64,000 nt of DNA from Macrostomum lignano (lineage: Eukaryota), in assembly GCA_002269645.1 (NCBI GenBank), contig NIVC01000975.1, positions 332,615 to 396,614 on the forward strand, written 5' to 3'. The notes under the pieces are model-generated. The model was given only the letters and a program-made list of their open reading frames with translations. It had not been told where the DNA came from and searched no databases. A program made the position numbers and the translations under genes. Shown here piece after piece: positions 38,830-50,882 of this stretch. The number at the start of each line of letters is the position of its first letter. Position 1 is the stretch's first letter.

Positions 38830-39204
38830 CATGGATGAATGAATAGAATGGATTGCTATTCTGGCTCTGGCTATTTTCGTTTTTGACTCTTTTGCATCCA
38901 GTTCCCCCCCGTGCCTTTTCATTGGTTGATGATTGCCATAGACAATTTTCGGCCTTTGCCCCTTTCTTTCAATGCACAAGCGCTTTCTTGTTAGTAAATA
39001 GAAGTTACTTGTGTTGAAATTGAACTTTGTTGAAATTCTCAGTTCTTTGCGCTTGTGCATCGAAAGAAAGGGGCGAAGGCCGAAAATTGTCTATGGCAAT
39101 CATCAACCAATGAAAAGGCACGGGGGGGGGAACCGGATGCAAAAGAGTCAAAAACGAAAATAGCCAGAGCCAGAATAGCAATCCATTCTATTCATTCATC
39201 CATG
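38830..39204. mobile_element. MITE/foldback element with about 155-bp TIRs and an 8-bp TSD TTTTTAAC (hAT- or P-superfamily-like)
   Basis: Arms CATGGATGAATGAATAGAATGG...GCACAAGCGC and its reverse complement around a spacer of about 63 bp. TTTTTAAC at 38822-38829 and 39205-39212. Confidence 0.9.
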
Positions 39205-39759
39205 TTTTTAACACGCAAAAATGCAAACAATACACATGGAGTGCGAACGAAATAACTGGACTTCGTGTTTAGACCAACTTGATTGAAGAGACTGAATAGC
39301 AAATGAGGCCCGTGATTAAAACTGTCTATGGCCCGGAAGTGTTTTTAGATGACTGATGACGGGAAGCCAAAGTCGAAGGCAGAACTACATGCCATAGACA
39401 GTTTTATCGCTCAGCAGCCAAAGCTTTCAAAGCTTTGTTTATGGCCATATACACTTTGTGTTTCCCTGACCATACACGACAGCCTTCGTTTTCTATTTTT
39501 CACGAGCCCACATGTACATGTAGATCCAAGAAAATGATATAATTTACTTGGTTATGCATGGTTTAGCTTCCTAACGATGCAGTGCACGCGAAAGTAATAT
39601 AATGCGTGTTGAGCAAGTGTATTATAAGAAGTTAAATATTATGGCATCCTTCGAGTATTAGTGGGATGAAGTGTCTCCCAAGGCCAAAACAGCACCACGA
39701 GTCGTAAAAAGTTTGATAAAATTTCAAACAATCTCAAATACCACCTGTCTAACTCGTAG

Positions 39760-41312
39760 AACGCACCAAAGAGGAGGCGGCGTCTCCCGCGGCGTCTTCA
39801 ACGCAAAGGCAGCGCGGGTGGCCGCCTGGCAACGCAGCGGAGACCCAGCAGGCGGCCAAGTCTGCAGAGCCGGCGGCGGACGGCAGGAAGGAGCCGCGGG
39901 ACGACGTCGCCAGGGGCTTCGGACCGTCTCGGCTTGGCGGCGGAGGCTCCGCCGGAGGCTTCGTTCGCCGGTCGGACCGGCCAGCGACCGCTGGGGGCGT
40001 CAGCGGAGGCGGTTTCGGCAGCGGCCGAGGAGGTCCGGGCGTTTCCGGCCGGTGGGAGCGAAGCCAAGGCCTACGCGATCCTCAAGGCCTCCGCGGCGGC
40101 TTCCAGCCTCCGCGACATCGGCCCGCCGAGGAGGAGGAGCTGCCCGCCTGGTTCGATGAGGGACCGCTGGACAAGATGGAGAAGCTGGAGTTGACGGGCC
40201 TCCCCGAAGACATGGAGGCGGCCGAGGGCGACGGCGGCTCCAAGAAGACGGAGGCCACCCAGCAGCAGCAGCAGCAGAAGAAGAAGCCTCTCGACGGACT
40301 CGGTCTAGGCAGCAGCAGCTTCGAGAGCGGCGGCGGTTCCTCGTCGCGCTTCGCCAAGTGGCTGGCAGTGGACGAGGCGTCGCAGCCGCAGCCGCAGCCA
40401 CCTGCAGCAGAGGCTGGGCAGCGAGATGGCGCTCAGCAGCAGCTTGAGCGAATCTTCCAGGACATGCGCGGCAGGCACGGACATGAGACCAATCAGCAGC
40501 CGCAGACTGCACCGAACGTTGGACCGTCGCTGATGCACCTGCTCCGCCCGCCGCAGCCGCCGCCGCCTCCACCACCACAAAGGCCGCTGCACGCTCAGGA
40601 GGTCGAGGCGAACCTCAAGTCGATGCTGTTCGGCTCTGAGGCGGCCGCTCCGCCACCACCGCCGCCCGCCGCAGTCGCCGCTGCATCTTCTGAAGGCTCC
40701 GCCATGCCGGTTCTGCCGCCGAACGGGCAGGCGCGGACGCTCGAAGAAATCGAGAGCAGCCTGGGCGCAGCTTCCAGCGGCTCGGACCGCAGCTCCCGAG
40801 GCAGCAAGGACAGCCGTGCTATCTACAAGCTGATTGGCGACCTGCAGGTGCAAATGCACGACGCTGCTTCTGCCAGTTCTGCCGGAGGTCGCCAGGGCTC
40901 TGTGCCGCCTCTGCTTCCGGGCGGCTGCCATGCCCCGCCGCAACATCAGCAGCCGCCACAACAGCAGCAGCCGCCGCAGCCACCGCAGCAGCCACCGCAG
41001 TCAAAGCCGCTTCAGCCCACAGCTGCCCCCTTCATCGCTCAGCATCCGCTTCCGCCTCGTTCGCAGCCCCCGCCACAGCCGCCGACGGCTCAGCCCATGT
41101 TCTCCTCTGGAGCTTCGTCGCATGCAGCCGCCGCCGCCGCCGCTGCAACCGCTCAGCGCCGTCTGCCGATGCCCATGCAGGCTCAGCAGCTGCAGCAACT
41201 GCAGGCCATGCTGCTGTCCAATCTGCAGATGCAGGCTCAGATGATGCACAGCAGCCAGATTTCTGGAGGCCCTGGAAACAAGGCTCACACGCTCAACAAG
41301 CTTCTGCCTCAG
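39760..41312 (+). CDS. EIF4ENIF1: 4E-T-like exon 3 (Cup homology domain plus P/Q-rich region)
   Basis: The frame is open from acceptor AACTCGTAG|. EEELPAWFDEGPLDKMEKLELTGL resembles the 4E-T CHD (EEEPEWFSAGP...IELTGF). Donor CAG|GTTTGA. Confidence 0.82.
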
Positions 41313-41389
41313 GTTTGAGCACTCTTGCATTTTGGTTCTCTGATGTTGTCATTTTGGTTGTCACTTGAGTGTTTTGCACCATTTCTTAG

Positions 41390-42615
41390 TGTCTGCTGTA
41401 ACATGAGTGTGTCCGCTGTGGCATGAGTGTGTCTGCTGTAACATGAGTGTGTCCGCTGTGGCATGAGTGTGTCTGCTGTGACATGTGTCTGCTGTGACAT
41501 AAATGTGTCTGCTGTGGCATGAGTGTGTCTGCTGTGACATAAATGTGTCTGCTGTGGCATGAGTGTGTCTGCTGTGACATAAATGTGTCTTCTGTGGCAT
41601 GAGTGTGTCTGCTGTGACATAAATGTGTCTTCTGTGGCATGAGTGTGTCTGCTGTGGCATGAGTGTGTCTGCAGAGACATGAGTATGTCTGCTGTGGCAT
41701 GAGTGTATCTGCAGAGACATGAGTGTGTCTGCAGAGACATGAGTTTGTCTGCTGTGGCATGAGTGTGTCTGCAGAGACATGAGTTTGTCTGCTGTGACCT
41801 GAGTGTGTCTGCAGAGACATGAGTTTGTCTGCTGTGGCATGAGTGTGTCTGCAGAGACATGAGTGTGTCTGCTGTGGCATGAGTGTGTCTGCTGTGGCAT
41901 GAGTGTGTCTGCTGTGACATATGTGTCTGCTGTGACATAAATGTATCTGCTGTGGCATGAGTGTGTTTGCTGTGACATGAGTGTGTCTGCAAAGACATGA
42001 GTGTGTCTGCAAAGACATGAGTGTGTCTGCAGAAACATGAGTGTGTCTGCTGAGACATGAGTGTGTCTGCAGAGACATGAGTGTGTCTACAGAGACATGA
42101 GTGTGTCTGCTGAGACATGAGTGTGTCTGCTGTGGCATGAGTGTGTCTGCTGTGGCATGAGTGTGTCTGCTGTGACATGAGTGTGTCTGCTGTGACATAT
42201 GTGTCTGCTGTGACATAAGTGTGTCTGCTGTTACATGAGTGTGTCTGCTGTGACATAAGTGTGTCTGCTGTGACATGAGTGTGTCTGCTGTGACATATGT
42301 GTCTGCTGTGACATAAATGTGTCTGCTGTGGCATGAGTGTGTCTGCTGTGCCATGAGTGTGTCTGCAGAGACATGAGTGTGTTTGCTGTGACATGAGTGT
42401 GTCTGCAAAGACATGAGTGTGTCTACAGAGACATGAGTGTGTCTGCTGAGACATGAGTGTGTCTGCTGAGACATGAGTGTGTCTGCTGTGACATGAGTGT
42501 GTCTGCTGTGACATGAGTGTGTCTGCTGTGGCATGAGTGTGTCTGCTGTGACATGAGTGTGTCTGCTGTTACATGAGTGTGTCTGCTGTGGCATGGGTGT
42601 GTCTGCTGTGACATG
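41390..42615. repeat. 20-bp minisatellite (GAGTGTGTCTGCTGTGGCAT and variants)
   Basis: Tandem units visible directly. Confidence 0.95.
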
Positions 42616-43003
42616 GGTGTGTCTGCACCATGCCTTGCAGTGTCTGCACCAAGCCTTGCAGTGTGTCTGCACCATGCCTTGCAGTGTGTCTGCACCAAGC
42701 CTTGCAGTGTGTCTGCACCATGCCTTGCAGTGTGTCTGCACCATGCCTTGCAGTGTGTCTGCACCATGCCTTGCAGTGTGTCTGCACCATGCCTTGCAGT
42801 GTGTCTGCACCATGCCTTGCAGTGTCTCTGCACCATGCCTTGCAGTGTCTGCACCATGCCTTGCAGTGTGTCTGCACCATGCCTTGCAGTGTGTCTGCAC
42901 CATGCCTTGCAGTGTGTCTGCACCATGCCTTGCAGTGTCTGCACCATGCCTTGCAGTGTGTCTGCACCATGCCTTGCAGTGTGTCTGCACCATGCCTTGC
43001 AGT
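42616..43003. repeat. 23-bp minisatellite (GTGTGTCTGCACCATGCCTTGCA)
   Basis: Tandem units abutting the previous array and sharing the GTGTGTCTGC core. Confidence 0.95.
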
Positions 43004-43604
43004 GTTCTCACCGTTAGCTCATCAGCTACCATTTGCACCCATTGTGGAAATCCCAAATCGCAGTTCAGAATCCCTCACTGCATCAGAGACCCAGCACTTC
43101 ATCAGCTCCCCACTCGGCAATTTCAGCAGCTGTTTCACAGACCGCCCCATCCGTACCTGCTCAGAGTAAGTCCGGCAAGCAACCAGAGCTGCAGCTTGCC
43201 GATGGATTTTTATTCAGCCATTTTAATCCTTTGCGGGAAATGATTTTGTGCCTCCTGCTGCACCATCTGGGAAAGATGCGTGTTGTCCAGCTTCTGCAAT
43301 GTTTTTTCCACTCCTCTTAAACCCATTGCAGACATTTCGCTGGTACAGAGCCATGGTATGTGAGGCTGCTAATGCCAGCAGTTTTTTCTGGCCGCCTTTG
43401 AATTGAGTTCGTATTAACTCTCTGTTTCTGTTAATTGGGTACAAAAAATCTTGCGATGCAGTAAATTCAGAAGAATTCAAGTCGTTGGTTGTAGTTTTAA
43501 TTTGTGTTTTTTCGTTATTTTTTATGCTGCACCAACCACAGAACATTCCTGTGCACCTGGTTGACTTGCCTGCATTACACGTCTCGACTTTAGCATTGTA
43601 TCTG

Positions 43605-45312
43605 TACCAAAACCCGCAGTTACTGTACTCTAACCCACAGGTTCTGTACTCAAACCCACAGTCCCTGTACTCAAAACCCGCAGTTACTGTACTCAAACCC
43701 ACAGTCCCTGTACTCAAACCCACAGCCCCTGTACTCAAACCCACAGTCCCTGTACTCAAACCCACATCCCCTGTACTCAAAACCCACAGCCCCTGTACTC
43801 AAAACCCACAGCCCCTGTACTCAAAAACCACAGCCCCTGTACTCAAACCCGCAGCCCCTGTACTCAAACCCACAGCCCCTGTACTCAAACCCACAGCCCC
43901 TGTACTCAAACCCACAGCCCCTGTACTCAAACCCACAGCCCCTGTACTCAAACCCACAGCCCCTGTACTCAAACCCACATCCCCTGTACTCAAACCCACA
44001 GCCCCTGTACTCAAACTTCCAGTCCCTGTACTTTAACCCACAGCCACTGTACTCAAACCCACAGCCCCTGTACTCAAACCCACATCCCCTGTACTCAAAC
44101 CCACAGCCCCTGTACTCAAACTTCCAGTCCCTGTACTTTAACCCACAGCCACTGTACTCAAACCCACAGCCCCTGTACTCAAAACCCACAGCCCCTGTAC
44201 TCAAACTTCCAGTCCCTGTACTTTAACCCACAGCCACTGTACTCAAACCCACAGCCCCTGTACTCAAAACCCACAGCCCCTGTACTCAAACCCACATCCC
44301 CTGTACTCAAACCCACAGCCCCTGTACTCAAACTTCCAGTCCCTGTACTTTAACCCACAGCCACTGTACTCAAACCCACAGCCCCTGTACTCAAAACCCA
44401 CAGCCCCTGTACTCAAACCCACAGCCCCTGTACTCAAACCCACAGCCCCTGTACTAAAACCCACAGCCCCTGTACTCAAACCCACAGCCCCTGTACTCAA
44501 ACCCACAGTCCCTGTACTCAAATCCACAGTCCCTGTACTCAAACCCATAGCCCCTGTACTCAAACCCACAGTTACTTTACTGTACTCAAACCTGCAGTTA
44601 CTCTACTCAAACCCACAGCCCCTGTACTCAAACCCACAGTCCCTGTACTCAAACCCACAGCCCCTGTATTCAAACCCACAGCCACTGTACTCAAACCCAC
44701 AGCCCCTGTACTCAAACCCACAGCACCTGTACTCAAACCCACAGCCCCTGTACTCAAACCCACAGCCCCTGTACTCAAACCCACATCCCCTGTACTCAAA
44801 CCCACAGCCCCTGTACTCAAACCCACAGCCCCTGTACTCAAACCCACATCCCCTGTACTCAAACCCACATCCCCTGTACTCAAACCCACAGCCCCTGTAC
44901 TCAAACCCACAGCCCCTGTACTCAAACCCACATCCCCTGTACTCAAACCCACATCCCCTGTACTCAAACCCACAGCCCCTGTACTCAAACCCACAGCCCC
45001 TGTACTCAAACCCACAGTCCCTGTACTCAAACCCATAGCCCCTGTACTCAAACCCACAGCCCCTGTACTCAAACCCACATCCCCTGTACTCAAACCCACA
45101 GCCCCTGTACTCAAACCCACAGCCCCTGTACTCAAACCCACATCCCCTGTACTCAAACCCATGCACAGCCTCTATACTCAAACCCACAGTCCCTGTACTC
45201 AAACCCACATCCCCTGTACTCAAACCCACAGCCCCTGTACTCAAACCCACATCCCCTGTACTCAAACCCACTGCCCCTGTATTAAAACCCACAGCCACTG
45301 TACTGAAACCCA
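43605..45312. repeat. 21-bp minisatellite (TGTACTCAAACCCACAGCCCC)
   Basis: Long tandem array ending about 20 nt before the acceptor at 45334. Confidence 0.97.
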
Positions 45313-45334
45313 GCCTCCCTGCCGCATCTCGCAG

Positions 45335-45811
45335 AACAACGCTCTGCAAGGCACCCGGCTGCTCAACCAGCACTTCAACCAGGCCGGAGCTGCTGCCGAC
45401 TTTGCCGGACTCGAGACTGCTGCCGGTGCCGACGCCGCCTTCCGCCGCCCGGCCACCTCTGCGGCCGCCGCCGCCGCCTCGGCGAACCTGTCGACGGGCT
45501 CCGCCAGCCAGCAGACGATCGCCCAGCCCGCGATGCCCATCGTGCCGCCGATGCTGCTGCCGCCAAAGACTTCGTCGGCGGTGACCTCGACCTCCGCGGC
45601 CGCTGCGGGTCTCCAGGGCTGGGGCGGCGCCCACAACTCGCAGCTCAGCGCCATGCTCTGGAACGCCACCAGGCTCGCCGCCAGCGTCAAGTCGGCCAAC
45701 ACCTCGACTGGCTGGTCGTCTCTGCACCGCAGTCCGCCCGTTGACTCCGGGGTCGGGCAGCCGCACCGGCCTCCGACCAAGCAGCCGGTGGACGAGATGC
45801 CGTCCGCTTGA
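45335..45811 (+). CDS. EIF4ENIF1: 4E-T-like probable terminal exon
   Basis: Acceptor CATCTCGCAG| (phase 0), GC-rich open frame ending KQPVDEMPSA*. Intermediate exons near 43018-43165 are unresolved. Confidence 0.6.
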   Translation, partial: NNALQGTRLLNQHFNQAGAAADFAGLETAAGADAAFRRPATSAAAAAASANLSTGSASQQTIAQPAMPIVPPMLLPPKTSSAVTSTSAAAAGLQGWGGAHNSQLSAMLWNATRLAASVKSANTSTGWSSLHRSPPVDSGVGQPHRPPTKQPVDEMPSA

Positions 45812-47655
45812 CCGCTTGAGCACTGCTCAGCTGAGCTCACTCGGCCCACAGACACTGCCGAACTCGTTAATGCCCCAACAATTGTTGCTAGCGACTCTTC
45901 AGCACCCCGAGTTTCCTCTCCGACTGACCTTGAATTGTCCCCGCCTTCTCGCCTGCTGCCGTCTCGCTGTCTCCCTCTTGTCTGCGGTGTTTTTGCAGTT
46001 GCAGTCCGCGCCAATTGGCTTTTGGAATTCGAACTCGCGTTTAATTTTCTTCGTCATTGAGCAATATTTTAGTTCTCTCCTGTTTTACAATGCACTCCTG
46101 GTGACAGATTATCCCAGCAACTCGATGATGTCGCTGGAATTTCATTTCGCTTCGATCATTAATTTTCTATTTGATTTTCCTGTAAATTTTGGCCCTCCGC
46201 CCGCGCCGGCGACTCCGCCCGTTTAGCGCAGCGATTTTCTTTGCCTCTTCGACTGGCTTTGCTTGCGACTTTGCATTGTGAGTAGCTTTGGTTCCAACTC
46301 TATTTTTGCTAGGCTTTCTCGCTAAGGCTATTGTGAGTTTTTTTTCGCATTTTGCTTTGTCCGCCTGCCCGTGAGCTGTGGGATCGCTAATCCCAGCTCA
46401 TCAGGCGGAGATTATGCCGTAGCTTTATCCCGTCAGTCTTTGTTGAGCTTTGTAGAAGCAGTTTAGTTACTCGCACCGCAGCAGCACCTCCTCCTTTTGG
46501 AGTCTCATTTTCAGCGTGCTTTTTTCTGTCACATTCTGTACTGAGTCTGCAGCACAGACTCCGCCGCTCTCCATCTGAGCTCTGCGCTTCTCCAGCATGC
46601 CGGCCGGCGCTCCCTGATGAAGTGTCCCGGCCATGCATGCTGCTCCGCCTTTCCCCGGTTGATTTTTGCACAATGTTCTTCCTGTCTACTTTTTGTCAGT
46701 AGTTTATCCCGCTCGTGCAGCAGACTCAAGCGCTAAACTAAGATTTGCATTGCGGTTCCACAGTTTCCAGCTTGACAGCAGCAGCTCCGGTCTCTTCCGC
46801 ATGAATTTGTTGTCACCTGTGCGAGCTGCCGTCTCCCTACCTGCACCGGCGCCCCTCATCAGTACTTCTCTAAGCCAGACCGTATTGCTACTTTCTGTCT
46901 CTCCCCCCCCCACACTCCTTCCAAACAGTCTGAAATACATCGAATATGCAGACTTGCAGTTGGCCGAAATTCTGCCTGTTCCTTTTCAACCGCACTTTGC
47001 TGTCCGCGTTCGATGTGCTCTCGATTTGCTTTCAGATTTATCTGTTGTTTATCTAGCTTTTTGAGCAGCCTCCTGAGACACCACAGAAGCTGGACCGGAA
47101 TGCGGGTTTATAAGGTTATTTAAAAAAATAAGCATTAGAAGAAGCGTTGCTGCGGAACAAGCGGCAGAGCCCATCAGAAAGTTCCCCAGTGCTACAATTA
47201 TAATGAGAATCAGGTTGGCATCTAGCTTGGGAAAGCCTAGGAAGAAAGAATAATTAATTTGGCGCTGGCGCGGCGTGGCTGGGAAAAGCATGGCACCACT
47301 GGGAGGAATCCCATTCGCAAAAAAAGTGACAGGCAGGGTCTTTGGGTTGAGTCACGGGTGGCATTTTAAAACAATGAGTACAACATAAATGGATAGCAAC
47401 TTATAAAGCTGCTTCAAAGGACTGAGAAACGCGTGTATATGCATGTATTTCGTTTAGTTAAACTTCACCCAGTCGTCTCTCATATCCCTCGTATCAGAAG
47501 GACGGAAAAGAACGTTTTTTTTAGAAGTTAAGGAGGCTGGTTTTCGCCGAAAAAACATTACAAAGATAGGAATTTTCTTTTTTTCAGCGCAAAAATTGTT
47601 ATTACTTTAGATAGGAGGCAGGCTCAATCAATGCTCATTTTTGATATGTTGTGCC

Positions 47656-48048
47656 CAGTGGCGGAGCTAGGATTTTGAAAAGGGGAGATAACTTTTAGGG
47701 ACAAAATTATAGACAAATTAAATAGTTTTTTTTGCATTTTTTGCTTAAAATATGCATTTAAAAAGTATAAAAATCATGTTTTTTAGGCTAAAAAAACTTT
47801 ACTTTGTTAAAATCAGAATAAAGCCGGCAGACGTCTGTCCTGATTAGAGCATTTTAGGAACTAGGGATTCGCGGAAATATCGTTTAAAACATTTTATTAG
47901 TAATTTAGGAGTGAATTTTTCGGCAATTTCACTAGGTTTCGCTAGCCGCTTTATTTTGCTTTTTTAAAAACCTCATTTTCGTTTCCTATAAATCGTCCAA
48001 ATGGGGGGGGGTATATCCCCGAATCCCCCCCCCCTAGCTACGCTACTG
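47656..48048. mobile_element. hAT-type non-autonomous DNA transposon (MITE), 393 bp
   Basis: TIR CAGTGGCGGAGCTAGG versus reverse-complemented right end CAGTAGCGTAGCTAGG (14/16). Exact 8-bp TSD GTTGTGCC at 47648-47655 and 48049-48056. Confidence 0.92.
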
Positions 48049-48442
48049 GTTGTGCCTTTCTTATAGCTCTATTGATATTCATAAAGCTTTTCGTTCAGAA
48101 GTTCAGAGGCCAACAACCCTGGATCGAATTTGTGGTTTGTTAAAAAATTCAGCGTCACTATTGACATCTACCTCTGAATAAGAAGGAGCTTTGGCAGAGG
48201 CTATAGCTAAAACTTGAAAATGATTTTTCAGAAGATAGCAGTCAAGTGACTCAAGTCATAAGCATTGAGCCAAGAAGGATACAAGGCGGAACGGCTGCAC
48301 AGCTATCATGAGAAAATAATCAGTGCAGAAGTAAAAACCAAGGACTGCGCTAGACTAGATATACCAGTATCAAAGTGTTCCTAGTGGTCCTTGGTATAAA
48401 AACGACGCCAAACACCGCTAATATCATGCCTAAATGATCACT

Positions 48443-49198
48443 TTAACAAATTATCGTATTCAGACTTAAATTCCGCTTGAACTTCGCCCAATCCTCGCCG
48501 TTCTCGATCTCCGACTCGACCTGAGCGTCGGTGAACAGCAGCAGGCGGCACAGCTTCGACCTCCTGTTGTACAGCGCGCGTCTGCAGTTTTTGTCTCGGC
48601 CAGCCGCCGCTACGCAGCTCACAGAGCTCGGCATCCCAGTCAGGTCTTTGTAGCAGTATTCGGTGCTCGGCTTGTAGCTGGTCCGCTTGAACTCCACTCG
48701 CCTCCAGGCGGCCGGCTGCAGCTTTGCGGCAGGTCGAGTCGCCGGCCGGAACTCGCACAGGTAGCCGCGAGGCCTCTTGCACAGCGAATTGGCGAGGCTG
48801 TCAGGATCAGCTCTGCTCAACATTCTCAAGCAGTCTTGCACTTCTGTGCTCGACTGGCCCACAAGCCAGAGCGAGTCGTCCTCTGGCAGGTCGCCGTTGT
48901 CGTTGACTCGCTGCCAGCCCGACCTGCTGCTGCTTCGCTCATCGGCCAGGTCGGACACGCCGATCCACAGGTCCGCACCCGAGGCCAGCCTCTTGATGGA
49001 GCTGAGGCTGTTCGCCAGCTCGCCTCCGAGCGCTGCGCACTGCAGGTTGGCCTCGCACCAAGAGAAGCTTTGGTTGGCGTTCCTGAGCAGGCACGAGTCG
49101 GAGAACGGACTCGGGCACAGCGGCTTAGCCTGGGCTGAGGTTAGAAGCAGAAGCAGCAACACGGTCTGAGCTGTGGAGTCCATCTGTAGGTCCCCCAT
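48443..49198 (-). CDS. Secreted C-type lectin domain plus PAN/apple-like domain protein, intronless
   Basis: Signal-like VLLLLLLTSAQA; SWCEANLQCAALGGELA, LWIGVSD, DCL...C...GYLCEF; C-terminal SCVAAAGRDKNC...YN...CRL. Confidence 0.8.
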   Translation of the reverse strand: MGDLQMDSTAQTVLLLLLLTSAQAKPLCPSPFSDSCLLRNANQSFSWCEANLQCAALGGELANSLSSIKRLASGADLWIGVSDLADERSSSRSGWQRVNDNGDLPEDDSLWLVGQSSTEVQDCLRMLSRADPDSLANSLCKRPRGYLCEFRPATRPAAKLQPAAWRRVEFKRTSYKPSTEYCYKDLTGMPSSVSCVAAAGRDKNCRRALYNRRSKLCRLLLFTDAQVESEIENGEDWAKFKRNLSLNTIIC

Positions 49199-49763
49199 CT
49201 GCTTTCATCCTCCGTGCCTGAGCTTCCTATTTATGCAATTAAACACAATAAGCATTACTATGGCGAATCGAGAGACTGATTGGGACCTGACTACTTTGAG
49301 ATTCAGAAAATTGATCAGCGTTTGCGTAGGGATTAGCGGAGGACTTCTGTTCGCTTTGCATCAGAGTCACGAATGAAAAAAACCTCACCAGCAGCTGTGA
49401 GCGAAGCAAACTAAAAACGAAAGTCAAACAGGGGATCCTGGGAGCAGTAGCTCAAACATTTTCTTGGATGTGCGCCCTTAGTTCCGGTTCAGTAAATCTT
49501 TTTTCAGCTGCAAGCGAGTGTCGAAAAGCCAAAGTGTCTACTTAAAGCTCTACATAGTGCTTTTGCAGACTAGCTGAAAAAATGCCACCTACTTCTGGCA
49601 CTTTGGCAACGAGAAGTTCGGACTCACCCCGAACTCTGGTCACAGACAAAATGCACCAGAAGTGATCGAATTTCTTTGACAATACCCCTTGTACGAGTAT
49701 GAGCTGCCCATGCTGAGAGAACTCGCAGTCACAACCACAGACTCATTTAAAGAAAAGAAAAAA

Positions 49764-49856
49764 GTCTTGCTCAAGGACACAAATTGTTCCGAGTGGGTCG
49801 CGAATCGGACTCCCGACCTTTCAGTCGTGAGTCAAAGGCTCTAACCACTAGGCTAC
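49764..49856 (-). mobile_element. tRNA-derived SINE-like element, copy 2 (head only)
   Basis: Aligns by eye (about 85%) to 1116-1210. Confidence 0.7.
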
Positions 49857-49943
49857 AACCCTTATTGTCGTAATCAATATCTGAATTCTTCATGAAGTTT
49901 AGCGGAAGCGAAATTTATTTAATAAAATAAAATAATAACACAG

Positions 49944-50774
49944 TGTCATGAATGTGTTATTATGACTGTGTGTACTTTGCTACTTTGCTACGCCGGGCCA
50001 GTCGGCCGTCCTCTCCCCCCTCCTTAGATATTTTCTGACTCACCCACCTGCACTTCTGCGCGTGCGTACCCCTCCCCTCCCTGCCTAGACCTTTTCTGTT
50101 GAGTCAACCCCCCATGCTCTGCGTGCGACCCCCCCCCCTGTGCGACCCCGCCCCATTATTTTGTTAGCTTTGCTGCCCCGCCCCTGTTTGTGATTGGCTG
50201 CCAGTCCCAGTCTGCCGTGCTGCGCCCCGGCGATTGGCTGGTACAGCTCATGCGTTGCCTTGGCTGATGTCTAAGCCCCCTTTTCTGCCTTTATCCCGCG
50301 CCCTCGACCCCCAGTTTGCTGCCTATTTATTCGGCCCCTTGAGACCCCATTCTCGTCGTCTTCGTGGCTCCTCGGCGATTGTGCCAGCGTTGGTTGCTGA
50401 ATTGCTATTCCTCGCAGAATTGCTAGACAAATATATAAGTAAAGAATATCGAGATCACCACTGCTCTGACGGCTCTGTTTCTTGTACGACTGAAATCGCG
50501 GCTGGTAAGCCTTCCAATTTGTACGTCATTTGGGTCTGCATCTGTACTAGGCACCTTAGAGGGATTAAGTGCGTCGTACGCCGGTCCCACCCCAAGCAGC
50601 TCTGCGTCGTACGCGAGTCTGTAGGCTGTCGTGCGTCGTACGCTCGAGCAGCCTAGTCCCGACGGACACCGCGTCGTACGCGTGTCAGTGGAGGACCGCA
50701 GCCAGGGTCAGTACACGAACCCGGGTCTGGGAAAGGGGCACGAAAGGACCGAGCCCTTGAGCCCCATCATCACA
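49944..50774 (+). repeat. 5' LTR
   Basis: TGTCATGAAT...CATCATCACA. I found only one extra C and one T/G substitution in the 3' LTR. Confidence 0.97.
50432..50510 (+). promoter_or_regulatory. LTR TATA box (TATATAA, 50432-50438) and strong 5' splice donor CTG|GTAAGC (50505)
   Basis: Consensus matches and plausible spacing; function is inferred. Confidence 0.5.
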
Positions 50775-50777
50775 AAT

Positions 50778-50795
50778 TGGCATCCTTGGTGGGAC
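50778..50795 (+). promoter_or_regulatory. Primer-binding site (TGGCATCCTTGGTGGGAC); priming tRNA not identified, possibly Leu
   Basis: TGG begins 3 nt after the 5' LTR end. Confidence 0.7.
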
Positions 50796-50882
50796 CCTGC
50801 GCTGTGGAAGACTAAGCAAGGAATAAAGCTCGAGGCGCGGAATATTGTGAGAAATTAAGGTTAGAAACTGTGACGCCGTGGT

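Noticed and set aside
45262-47291. Minus-strand ORFs downstream of or overlapping the 4E-T-like last exon
   Set aside because: They are antisense shadows of GC-rich coding sequence or a pyrimidine-rich 3' UTR, with no domain signal.
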